The notes below the pieces were generated by a model. That model was not told where the DNA came from and ran no database searches. It saw only the letters and a program-made list of their open reading frames with translations. This document shows, piece by piece, positions 51,403 to 63,483 of a DNA stretch of 64,000 nucleotides. The position numbers were made by a program, and so were the translations under genes. Each line of letters opens with the position of its first letter. Position 1 is the first letter of the stretch. The stretch is from Mobula hypostoma (lineage: Eukaryota): positions 23,498,001 to 23,562,000 of the forward strand of contig NC_086108.1 in assembly GCF_963921235.1 (NCBI RefSeq), in the 5' to 3' direction.

Positions 51403-53531
51403 CAGTACCTATAAAAAGTATTCACCCCCCACCCCCAGAGGTTTTCATGTTTTATAACACTGAATCACAGTTTGGCTTTTTTGACACTGATAAACAGAAA
51501 AGGCTCTTTTGTGTCAAACTGAAAACAAATTGGTCTAGATATATTACAATTATTAAACACAAAATAATTGATTGCATATTTACTCACGCTCTTCAAGTCA
51601 GTATGTCAGTATTTGGTAGATACACCTTTGGCTGCAATTACAACCTTGAGTCTCTGTGGATAGTTTTGCACAAATGGACACTGCAATTTTTCCCCATTCT
51701 TCCTTACAAAACTGTTCAAACTCTGTCAGATTGCATGGGGATCACGAGTGAACAGCCCTTTTCAAGTCCAGCCACAAATTCTCAATTGGACTGAGGTCTG
51801 GACTCTGACTTGGCCACTCCAGGACAGTAACTTTGTTGTTTTAAGCCATTCATGTGTAGATTTGGTTTTATGCTTGGGGTCATTGTCTTGCTGGAAAACG
51901 AATCTTCTCCGAAGTTGCAGTTCTCCTGCAGACTGCATCTGCTTTTCCTTGAGGATTCCCCTGTATTTTCCTGCATTCATTTTACCCTCTGCTTTCACAA
52001 GCATTCCAGGGCCTGTTGCAATGAAGCATCCCTACAGCATGATGCAGCCACCACCATGTTTCACGGTAGGGATGGTGTGCTTTTAATGATGTGCCGTGTT
52101 TGGCTTACACCAAACATAGCGTAAAGTCTGATGGCCAAAAAACTCAATTTTGGTTTCATCAGACCATAGAACCTTCTTCCAGCTAACTTCTGAGTCTCCC
52201 ACATGCCTTCTGGCAAACTCTAGCTGAGATTTCATGTGAGTTGTTTTCATCAATGGCTTTCTCTTTGCCACTCTCCCATAAAGCTGAAACTGGTGATGCA
52301 CTGGGCTAACAGTTGTTGTGTGTGCAGTCTCTCTCATTTCAGCTACTGAAGCTTGTAAGTCTTTCAGTGTTGTCACAGTTCTTTTGTTGGCCACCTTCAC
52401 TAGTCCCCTTCTTGCATGGTCACTCAGTTTTTGAGGATGGCCTGCTCTAGGCAGATTTACAGCTGTGCCATATTCTTTCCATTTCTTGATGATTGACTTG
52501 ACTGTACTCCAAGGGATATTCAGTGACTTGGAAATATTCTTGTATCCATCTCCTGACTTGTGCTTTTCATGGATTTACTTGGAGTGATTTTTTGTCATGG
52601 TGTATTTTTTGCCAGGATACAGACTCACCAGCAGTTAGACCTCCCAGATACAGGTGTATTTTTACCACAATCAATTGACACACCTTGACTGCACATGGAG
52701 ATATCCATTTTACTAATTATGTGATTTCTAAAACCAATTGGCTGCACCAGTGATGATTTGGTGTGTCATATTAAAGGGAGTGAATATTTATGCAATCAGT
52801 TATTTTGTATTTTATAGTTGTAATTAATTTAGATCACTTTGTAGAGATCTTTAACATCTGTCGGACGATGCTGAGGATGTTCTACGAGTCTGTGGTGGCC
52901 AGTGCTATCATGTTTGCGGTTGTGTGCTGGGGCAGCAGGCTGAGGGTAGCAGACACCAACAGAATCAACAAACTCATTCGTAAGGCCAGTGATGTTGTGG
53001 GGATGGAACTGGACTCTCTGACGGTGGTGTCTGAAAAGAGGATGCTGTCAAAGTTGCATGCCATCTTGGACAATGTCTCCCATCCACTACATAATGTACT
53101 GGGTGGGCACAGGAGTACATTCAGCCAGAGACTCATTCCACTGAGATGCAACACTGAGCATCATAGGAAGCCATTCCTGCCTGTGGCCATCAAACATTAC
53201 AACTCCTCCCTTGGAGGGTCAGACACCCTGAGCCAATAGGCTGGTCCTGGACTTATTTCCTGGCATAATTTACATATTACCATTTAATGATTTATGGTTT
53301 TATATTGCTATATTTATACTCTATTCTTGGTTGGTGCAACTGTAACGAAAGCCAGTTTCCCTCAGGATCAATAAAGTATGGCTATGACTATGACTGTTTT
53401 TCACTTTGAGATGGAAGAATATTTTTCTGATGATCAGTTTCAAAAAACACCAAATTAAATCCACTGTGATTCAATGTTGTAAAACATGAAAACTTCTGGT
53501 GGGCGGGGGGGAATACTGTTTATATGCACTG
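51403..53531 (-). mobile_element. Tc1-family DNA transposon with degenerate transposase
   Basis: Long imperfect TIRs (cagtacctataaaaagtattc.. and ..gaatactgtttatatgcactg), flanked by TA at 51401-51402 and 53532-53533. Transposase motifs LYGRVAKRKP, VLWSDETKIEFFG, VKHGGG, FVFQQDNDPKH and [14 protein letters not shown] occur in broken frames at about 51740-52600. Confidence 0.95.
52851..53393 (+). mobile_element. Young Rex1-type LINE 3' fragment nested in the Tc1
   Basis: FNICRTMLRMFYESVVASAIMFAVVCWGS..NRINKLIRKASDVVG..ILDNVSHPLH; AATAAA followed by a (CTATGA)n tail. Confidence 0.92.
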
Positions 53532-53721
53532 TATTTATATTTATTGTGTTCTTTATCTTTTGTGTTATTTTGTGCTGCATCGAATCTGGAGTAATAATTA
53601 TTTCGTTCTCCCTACGCTTGTGTACATGAAATGACATTAAGCGCAATCAAACAACCTTATTGATATTTTTCTTAAAATCCTTCCACTTTAAATTGTAGCC
53701 TTTCCAATTGCTTCCTCATAG

Positions 53722-53826
53722 GTAATTCCCTTTGCTGCTGACTGTGATGAAGATGATGAGTGCACTTGCCGTGATCCCAGTGCTGAGGAGAACATTCAGA
53801 AGAAAATGCAACATGGATTTCACTAG
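53722..53826 (+). CDS. PAPPA2: Pappalysin-2 terminal coding exon including stop codon
   Basis: Acceptor ttgcttcctcatAG at 53720-53721; phase 0, in frame with the LNR3 exon. Translates [34 protein letters not shown], with TAG at 53824-53826. Human PAPPA2 as recalled is [24 protein letters not shown]. Confidence 0.96.
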   Translation, partial: VIPFAADCDEDDECTCRDPSAEENIQKKMQHGFH

Positions 53827-54612
53827 TGTGGAAGACAAATAATACTGCATCATTCAGCCAGGAGCATTTTGGTCTTGGGCCAGCAGTAATGTCACAATCA
53901 TGTTACTTTGTTCAAAGAAAGCAGGAATTACAAGGACAATAGATTTTTTTCTGTGAATTTATGGAGGTTGCTGTGATGAAAACAATGAATTATCTTTATA
54001 ATGGACATGGATTATATTAATTCAGCAGTTTTACTCTGACATCTAGAGGCTAAACTATGTAGGAGTAAGACTGTTGCTGTGTCAGGAGTTTATGTGAGAT
54101 ACAGCGTAAACTTTCTAATTCATTCATGTTCCTGCTGTATTCACTCAATTTACTGTATATTAACACTGCTATTCACTCTTCATCTAAACTATTATTTCAT
54201 CCCTCCTTTCCACTACAGCCCTTTGCTTCCCAGGATCTCAGTGCTGTCAAACTCCCTACCTCCAATAGACTTCCTTCCACCTCAGTCTAAGCTTTTCAGT
54301 CATTCCTGCTGAATTACATCATCTCTCTTCTGATTCCAAGCCCACTCACTGCCAACATGCACTTAAGCTAGAGGAACAGGGACTAGTCAATAATGTCACG
54401 AATTGTTCTGAATACTGATTGGTAACAGCAGTATCATTAGTCTATTGGTGTAATGAATACAAAACAGAGAGAAGCCTTTTTTGGCCAACCTGGAGCATAT
54501 TTAACCAGCACTAGTATATCTATATTTATATTTAATACAAAATACAAGAGTTATTTGGCTGCAACCAAAATGGGCTGGCAAAGGTTATTGAGTAGCATGT
54601 TTGACATTCTAC

Positions 54613-54646
54613 ATTAAATTGGGAAAACACCTTTGAAATCAATAAA
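54613..54646 (+). terminator. Candidate proximal polyadenylation signals of PAPPA2
   Basis: ATTAAA at 54613-54618 and AATAAA at 54641-54646, about 0.8 kb after the stop and before the downstream CR1 block. Motif evidence only. Confidence 0.3.
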
Positions 54647-55599
54647 TGAACTAAAACCTTCCCAAAATTGTAGGCCACACTCATATTTGCTCTGCTTAGG
54701 CTGTATAAAGACAGCCTGATTGAAAGCCATGGCTTTGTTCACTAGTATAATTAACTCATTAGCTTCTTTCCGTATACTTATGCTCTTAGTGTTTCAGTTT
54801 TAAAGCCTCATGATTGTATAAGCAGAATGAGAAGCAGCCAACCACTTCAAACTGAGCAGATTTGAAAATGGAAGAGGTTAAAGCCATAGAAGAATGTAAC
54901 AGAGAAGGAACCCATTCAGTTCATTGTGCATGAGCCAACACTTTGATTGAAATATCCATTTATTCTCTGCACTGTTCTACATTCATAGCCATGCTAATTC
55001 CCTCCTCTTTGAATAATTATTCAAGTTCTTTCAAATTTGCTTCTTTTCAGTCAGCAGAATGTAGATCACAACAGCTCACTGCAAGTCGTCTTAAGTCGTC
55101 TCAGGTTATTTGAATGTGTGTTCTTTTTACCGCCAGTGCAAACAGCTTCTCCTTGTTTACTGCATTAAGACTATTCACAATTCTGAACACTTCTATCAAA
55201 TCTCCTCCTGACTTCCCCCAAGCAGAACCTCACTAATCTCTAGAGTACAGCAACCAATGTCCTTCATTCCTGGTTCTATTTTGAATAGATTTTTTTTCTG
55301 TAACCTGTTCAAGTCTTTGGCACAGTACTTTACTGAGACTTCACTGGCAGTTTATAAAGGAGTTCATAACTTGTTTTTGTGATCAATCCCTGAATCATAT
55401 AGCAGTTTGTACAGGCTTGTGTTTATATTCAGCTACCATCATTATTTGCATACATACACTCTAGTGCTTTGTCCTCAAACTCCTTTTGAAAATGCGGTAT
55501 TTGCTTTATCTTGTCTTATTCTTCAGAATTGTGAAAACTGAAAATGAAAGAACAGGGTTTTGGGGCGAATGAAAAATTGGAAAAGTGAGACAGCTAACC

Positions 55600-56396
55600 A
55601 TGTTATAGGAGCAAAATTAGGTCATTCAGCCCACTGAGTCTGCTCTACCATTTAATCATGGATAATTTTTGTTTTAATCCCATTCTCCCACCTTGTAACA
55701 TTTAACCCCCCTACCAATCAAGAACTTATCCAGTTCTGCCTTAAATGCAGCCAATGACTTGACATCCATAGCCCTCTATGACAATGAATTCCATAAATTC
55801 ACCATCTTCTGGCTGAAAAAGTTCTTTCTCATTTCAGTTTTAAAGGATCATCCCTACGTTTTGAGGCTGTGTTCTTGGATCCTTGATTATCCGAGTAATG
55901 GAAACATCCTCTCCACATCCACACTGTCCTCCCCATTTAGAAGAGTCGTTATTTTTCCTTCTAGAATGCATAACTCTACTCTACCCTACTTATATTCCGT
56001 CTGCCATTTCTTTGCCCACTCTCCAACTCCTTGCCTCCACTTACCTTGCAATGTCTCCTAACTCCTTCATCCAGATCATTGATATATAAAGTGAAAAATT
56101 GTCCTGACACTGACACCCGTGGTATGCCATTAATCACTAACAGCCATCCTAAAAAAGACCCTTTTATCTCCACTCTCTTCCTTCTGCCAGTCAGCCAATC
56201 TTTTATCCATACTAGTAACTTGGGGTTTCATCTAGTTTTGGAGCCTCATATGTGGAATTTTATCAAAGGCCTTCTGAAACTCCCAAGTAAATAATATTCA
56301 TTAACTATCCTTTGCCTATCCTGCTTGTTTCCTCTGCAACAATTTCTAACGGATGTATTAGGCAAGATCTCCCCTTAATGAAACTGTTCTGACTTA
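55600..56396 (-). mobile_element. Older CR1 remnant, continued at about 58140-58260
   Basis: Decayed WLLVINGIPRVSV.G..FTLYINDLDEG and a 3' stem-loop at about 55600-55660. Confidence 0.75.
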
Positions 56397-58140
56397 GACC
56401 ATAAGACAAAGGAGCAGAAGTAGGCCATTCGGCCCATCGAGTCTGCTCCGCCATTTTATCATGAGCTGACCCATTCTCCTATTTAGTCCCACTCCCCCGC
56501 CTTCTCACCATAACCTTTGATGCCATGGCTACTCAGATACCTATCAATCTCTGCCTTAAATACACCCAATGACTTGGCCTCCACTGCTGCCCGTGGCAAC
56601 AAATTCCATAGATTCACCACCCTCTGACTAAAAAAATTTCTTCGTATTTCTGTTCTGAATGGGCACCCTTCAATCCTTAAGTCATGCCCTGTTGTACTAG
56701 ACTCCCCCATCATGGGAAACAACTTCGCCACATCCACTCTGTCCATGCCTTTTAACATTCGAAATGTTTCTATGAGGTCTCCCCTCATTCTTCTAAACTC
56801 CAAGGAATACAGTCCAAGAGCGGACAAATGTTCCTCATATGTTAACCCTCTCATTCCCGGAATCATTCTAGTGAATCTTCTCTGTACCCTCTCCAACATC
56901 AGCACATCCTTTCTTAAATGAGGAGACCAAAACTGCCCACAGTACTCCAAGTGAGGTCTCACCAGCGCCTTATAGAGCCTCAACATCACATCCCTGCTCC
57001 TATACTCTATTCCTCTAGAAATGAATGCCAACATTGCATTTGCCTTCTTCACTACTGACTCAACCTGGAGGTTAACTTTAAGGGTATCCTGTATGAGGAC
57101 TCCCAAGTCCCGTTGCATCTCTGAACTTTGAATTCTTTCCCCATTTAAATAATAGTATGCCCGTTTATTTTTTCTGCCAAAGTGCATAACCATACACTTT
57201 CCAACATTGTACTTCATTTGCCACTTCTCTGCCCATTCTTCCAATCTATCCAAGTCTCTCTGTAGACTCTCCGTTTCCTCAGCGCTACCGGCCCCTCCAC
57301 CTATCTTCGTATCATCAGCAAACTTAGCCACAAAGCCATCTATTCTATAATCCAAATTGTTGATGTACAATGTAAAAAGAAGCGGCCCCAACACTGACCC
57401 CTGTGGAACACCACTGGTAACCGGCAGCCAACCAGAATAGGATCCCTTTATTCCCACTCTCTGTTTCCTGCCAATCAGCCAACGCTCTATCCACGTATGT
57501 AACTTTCCCGTAATTCCATGAGCTCTTATCTTGTTAAGTAGCCTCATGTGTGGCACCTTGTCAAAGGCCTTCTGAAAATCCAAATATACAACATCCACTG
57601 CATCTCCCTTGTCTAGCCTACTGGTAATTTCCTCAAAAAATTGTAATAGGCAGGATTTTCCTTTAAGGAATCCATGCTGAGTTCTGCCTATCTTGTCATA
57701 TGCCTCCAGGTACTCTGTAACCTCATCCTTGACAATCGACTCCAACAACTTCCCAAGCACCGATGTCAAGCTAACAGGTCTATAATTTCCTTTTTGCTTC
57801 CTTGCCCCCTTCTTAAATAGCGGAGTGACATTTGTAATCTTCCAGTCTTCCAGAACCATGCCAAAATCTATCGACTTTTGAAAGATCATCGCTAATGCCT
57901 CCGCAATCTCCACAGCTACTTCCTTCAGAACACGAGGGCACATTCCATCTAGTCCGGGAGATTTATCTACCTTTAGACTATTCAGCTTCCTGAGTACTTT
58001 CTCTGTCGCTTCTCTTCTCTTCCCTGCCACCCTTGAGTGTCCAGTATACTGCTGATGTCTTCCTCAGAGAAGACTGATGCAAAATACTTGTTCAGTTCCT
58101 CTGCCATCTCCTTATCTCCCATTTCAATTTCTCCAGCTTC
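56397..58140 (-). mobile_element. Young 5'-truncated CR1 LINE with an open RT-to-C-terminus frame
   Basis: 515-aa ORF 56483-58030 with NYRPVSLTS, YLDFQKAFDKVPH, PQGSVLGPLLF, FADDTK and LEYCGQFWSP; tail gaccataagac. Confidence 0.96.
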
Positions 58141-58795
58141 ATTGTATTTATCATATATTTCCAAGTACTCTGAAATTTTATCTTTTAATAATGAACTCTT
58201 AACAATATCAAGGTGAGTCTAACTGGCCGATAATTTCCTGTCATTTTCCTCCCTCCCTTCTTATACTCCAGTGTCAATTCTGTGATTTTGATGAGCTTGT
58301 AGAGTGAGTTAGTACGATACTTTAAACATTTAAGTCAGACAATACACACAAAATGCTGGAAAAAATGAGAAGGTCAGGCAGTATCTATGGATGGAAATTA
58401 GCAGTAGATGTTGATTTTTCATTTAAGTCAGGGCCCAATTCACTCCTGGCAAGAGCCTCATTGGGGGCTCTTAACCTCATTACCATCAAGTAATTATATT
58501 TTGTGTGATTATAAGATTATATTGCGACTATATTGTACTGATTAGTAGGTTAATTGGTCAGTGTCAATTCTCCTGTGATTAGGTCAGGGTTAAATCAGGG
58601 GTCGAAGGGCTGAAAGTACCCGGTCCGTGCTGTATCTCTTAATAAAAATAAGTAAAAATGACTGGTAGAAGACAGAGAAAGATTACAGCAGTATATTTAT
58701 ATACTTATTCTCAAGCCTGTGTTTCCCTTCAGAAGGATCATGGCAGATTCAGATTTGAATGAATCTCTGTTCCACATTGCCGTAGATCCCTCAGT

Positions 58796-59464
58796 ACTTC
58801 ATACTTTATTGTCGCCAAACAATTGATACTAGAACGTACAATCATCATAGCGATATTTGATTCTGCGCTTCCCGCTCCCTGGATTACAAATCGATAGTGA
58901 ATATTAAAAATTTAAATTATAAATCATAAATAGAAAATAGAAAAATGGAAAGTAAGATAGTGCAAAAAAACTGAGAGGCAGGTCCGGATATTTGGAGGGT
59001 ACGGCCCAGATCCAGTCAGGATCCGTTCAGCAGGCTTATCACAGTTGGAAAGAAGCTGTTCCCAAATCTGGCCATATGAGTCTTCAAGCTCCTGAGCCTT
59101 CTCCCAGATGGAAGAGGGACAAAAAGTGTATTGGCTGGGTGGGTCATGTCCTTGATTATCCTGGCAGCACTGCTCCGACAGTGTGCGGTGTAAAGTGAGT
59201 CCAAGGATGGAAGATTGGTTTGTGTGATGTGCTGCACCATGTTCACAATCTTCTGCAGCTTCTTCCAGTCTGGACAGGACAACTTCCATACCAGGTTGTG
59301 ATGCACCCTAGAAGAATGCTTTCTACGGTGAATCTATAAAAATTAGTGAGGGTTTTAGGGGACAGGCCAAATTTCTTTAGTTTTCTCAGGAAGTAAAGGC
59401 GCTGGTGGGCCTTCTTGGCAGTGGACTCTGCTTGGTTGGACCAAGTCAGGTCATTTGTGATATT
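58796..59464 (-). mobile_element. Rex1/Babar 3' fragment, same family as the element at 1-1535
   Basis: 59303-59464 aligns with 1-163 with few mismatches; KKLQKIVN..SAARIIKDMTHPA..LPSGRR; tail aataaagtatgaagta on the minus strand. Confidence 0.92.
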
Positions 59465-62400
59465 TATTATGCACTATGTATATGACCCAGAGGATATTGG
59501 GGACTTTATCAATGCAGTGAAAACATCAAGCCATTTTAAGGGGTAGGCATTCATATTTCCTACATGCTTCCAACAAACACTTAGAATGAAATATCCCTCC
59601 GGACCAACATCACTAAATTCTTTGAGGGTGATCCAGATTATGATCACCTAATCTAATTTATCATGGCAATTGCATCTATGACTGGAGAGCAAGTGCAAAA
59701 CTCACTTGGATTTAGGCCAGCAATTAGCTGCTTCCAATCACTAATAGCAGACACAAGCACCACAGTTTTCCCATAGGACTGGACAGTACACTAAATCTTA
59801 GTGTGGAGCAAACAGTGATTCTTGTTTTCAAATTTCTTCAGAAGTTTGTTGTGGTCACTGAACCTCCTCTGGACTTACAGGCCTTCAATAATGTAGATCT
59901 TGTCCAATTGTCATGTGGCTGCCCAATTTCCTTTGCATTATTATCAGTGACTGTGCTCATAGCTAACTGGCCCTAAGTTTCCCTGCTTAAGCCACCTTTA
60001 TTACTTCTTATTCTCTCTGACAGCTTCTGATCATCAGTTCTAATATGAATGTGACTCGTTTTCAAAGTTTTACTATATTGAAGAACTCTGTATATATAAT
60101 TGTTGTTATTGTAACTTCACCCAGATTAATCAATAATGGATAATAATATATAGCCATTTTAGTTTTCTTTCCAGTTTTCCACTTTTATAACCTTGTCATC
60201 TGCTGCTATGGATATGATCTTCATTAGGAGGGAACAATAATTTGTCTCTGGCTGCAATCTATTTGCAGAAGGGTTGGTGGAGTTAAAATGAATTTGAATA
60301 ACTGATATCTGGCTGTAGGTACAACTACACAAGGTTCAGAGTTTTGGATGTAGAGTAAAAGACCAGTCTTTAAACAAGGAATAAAAAGTTAATTTTCAAT
60401 TGAAATACAACTGCCCTGCAAAGATGATCTACATCCATTGTTAAACCCTCACTTTCCTACAAACTTAAGCACAAATATCTTGAAATATACTGCATATTAA
60501 GAATATGAAAATGCTTGTGAGTTAATCCTGTTGCTCTTTTTGAATCTGTGTGCAAAGATGATGCTTTTGGATAGTTTTGCTTAAGAGGACACACAAGAAA
60601 AGCAGTAGAAAAGGCCACAATGGATCCACAATTATGTCATTGACATGTGAATGCAGGGAGCTGTGTTTCCTGGTTCCAAAATAATTTGTCAGTTGAATTC
60701 CCTACACCTTTTGATCATAATCATATGTAAACAGCCCAACAATAGTTCACGTTGGTAAGCTGGATTCATTCCTCCTTTACATCCTATAGTACAACAGAAA
60801 GATGAAAAATAAAACTTTACCCATGCTTAAGTCACACAGAATGTCAAAACAAAGTCCATTTATTTTACTAAAATTCCTAAAAGTGGGATTGAAAATGTTT
60901 TGATTGTTGTTCTATTCTTAACCAGAGTAGTGTGTCCTGGAGCTATTGTTATCCTCTGGGGCTTGAAAATGGGCTTAAAAAAACCTTATTAATTTTAAGA
61001 TCTAAACATTTACATCTATTGGTAAGAAACTAATTAATTCTGAAGTGGTTGTAATCCTTTCAGACTATACCCACCTCTTCAGGCCTTATTTTCTTAAGCA
61101 GCTTAGCACCATGGACCTCTGTGGTTCATGGTTGGAGTCAAGCAAGAGAGGTTAACTCTCTGAAGAAATCAAACCCAGATGAGTTTGCACCTGCAGTTGG
61201 AGGCAATTGGAAAACAAAGTAGTAATTGAAAAACAAAATGGAATTTTCACCTGAAACTGCCATGAATTCATTTTCTTCCTGTCCATGTCCACACAATGTT
61301 AAACTATTGCATGGTTCAATCTGTTGCAAATGAAAATATGCAAGTGTAGTTTATAGATTTTTACAGAGTTAAGAGGAAGAATTAGATAGTGGGTTGATTT
61401 CATAACATTTGTCCATTGAGATATGGGAAGAGCAGAAAGGGATAAGAGCATAATCTGGTCAGTGTTAGAGAACGTGAAAGCCTATAAATCACATGTTGTA
61501 TCAATAGAAGTATTTTTGGGATGAATTTCAATTGGCCACCCAAAATTTTAATTTAGCCTGCTGAGAAGAAGCTTGTTACAGCTTTTCCATTAGCGGTTGT
61601 AAACAAATAATGCAAGGTTTAGTAAGGGGCTGCTGTACTGTTAAAGAAACTTCTTAAAGAGATCTTGTTCAAATATTGAACTGCAAGATGAATCATTCAA
61701 TGTATAAGAGTTTGTACTTCACTCAGAAATAAAGTGACTCTGATCATTTTCAGCAGTATCTTCCACTTAGAGTATTGTTTAATGTCTTTTAATGGTTGCT
61801 GCTCACTTATGACTTTCGTGTAAGTAATTTTCTTGTTCCACTATTGTAATACATATGTACAAGACTGTATACAGTGTTGTCCATCCAGTCATTAAAGGAA
61901 CAAAATGTACCTCGTTGACATATCACACCATACCTGACATTGGAAAGCTGCTTTGTGATAGGATGGCAAAAACATACTGTCTCTCATAAGTAATGTAGGT
62001 AGTGCCTGTGACTCCCTCCAAAATATAGGAAGCCTATAGGCCAATTTTCCAAGAAAAGTGAGTGGGAGAACCTGGAGAAGTCACTTTTGGTGCTTTGTTC
62101 ATATATCTATCCTCAGACATTTCTGATGGCAAAGGTGGAAAACAAAAAAACTCAATCCAAAAACCATCAACGCGCACATATAAGTAAGAAAGCTGCTTTG
62201 CTCAAACTTTCAATAGAAACTGAAAATCTAGACCAGGTGGACCTGTGGTGATCCTCAGATTCTGATGGTAGTTCTTAGTAGGTAGATCTAAGTAGATGCA
62301 GGTAGAACTTCATCTACATCACTGGGGTCACCACTGAAAGGCACCACACGGTTCACATCACCTCTCTCTTGCTGACTGGGACCCATTTTAAGTGGAAGAC

Positions 62401-62606
62401 AGTCACACTGCATTGGTATAGACCTGGTGCATAGCACTCTCCAATGCACTCTTTTATGCTGCTGATTTTCTCTGTGATAAACTGGAACTCAATTCACTGC
62501 TGAAAGATTTCTTTACTGATTGGATGGCTAATGAACATTGTACACGTCAAATATTTTAAGCATTTTTCTTTCAACGCTTGAGAAGCAGTCTTATGGTTTT
62601 ATTCTG

Positions 62607-62660
62607 TGTATAAAATTATAAAAAAATAAAGTTATCCTCACAAATCAATGTTTTTTCCTA
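62607..62660 (+). terminator. Candidate distal polyadenylation signal
   Basis: TGTA at 62607-62610, AATAAA at 62625-62630, CA dinucleotides about 10 nt later, then a T-rich tract (tgttttttcc). It closes a largely TE-free stretch of about 2.5 kb. Confidence 0.4.
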
Positions 62661-63483
62661 CTTCTGATATATTATCCAAGCATCCAAGTGGTTTAAACAC
62701 ATTAATTTTCCCCTTCCTGTGCCAATCTCTGTCATGAGAATTCTGTATCATGTAATTGAAATGTGGATTTAATCACCTCTGAGGAAATCATGACACTCTC
62801 AGTAAGAGGTGAAGTTTATAGAAAGTTGAGACTGACCTATTGAAGCAAAATTCAAGATGCAGGAGGCAGCAACACGGAGTTACAAAAATAATACTGGCAG
62901 CATATAAAAGGCCATCTTGTACCTGAAAGAGACTGATGGCCAGAGAGCTAGGGTAGCTGCAAAATTTGTGTGTGGATTTTTGACCAGAATTCATAACAAA
63001 CTTGTTTTGGGTATCTCCTAATACCCTGCTAGAAGCTTGCTAAAGAAGTATGAATCTCCTATTTTGCTTTCAGATAATGGAACAGCTGCCATCTTACTGG
63101 ACTAAAGAGGTCCAAGTTCAAATTCTACCATGGCAGCTGTGGAATTTAAAATCACTTAATAATTTGGAAATAAAGCAATTGCATAAACTGCTCGAAGGAA
63201 GGAAATATGCCCTTCCTTTCCAAATGAACCTTTGTTGACTCCAGATCCACCAATGATACTGACTGAAATGGCTAATCAGTTTAATAGCAATTATGGGATG
63301 TTTGCTTTACCAGCGATGCCCAGATAGAACTTTGAACGCCCCGAAACTAATCCCTCCTACCTACACAATATCCATATTCCCCTCCATCTTCCCTACAGCC
63401 ATGTGTCTATCTGAAAAACTCTTAAAAGCCTTCAAAGTATTTGTTTCTACCACTGTACCAAGCATGTGCCCTCTAAACCAGGC

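Noticed and set aside
53715..53730. AG|GTAATT at the last exon start resembling a recursive splice site
   Set aside because: The GT is explained by the conserved Val codon starting a terminal exon, and no downstream exon is evident.
59303..59464. Near-identical match to positions 1-163 suggesting a segmental duplication or LTR pair
   Set aside because: The match is confined to the Rex1 body and ends at the 5' truncation point, so these are two independent copies of one LINE family.
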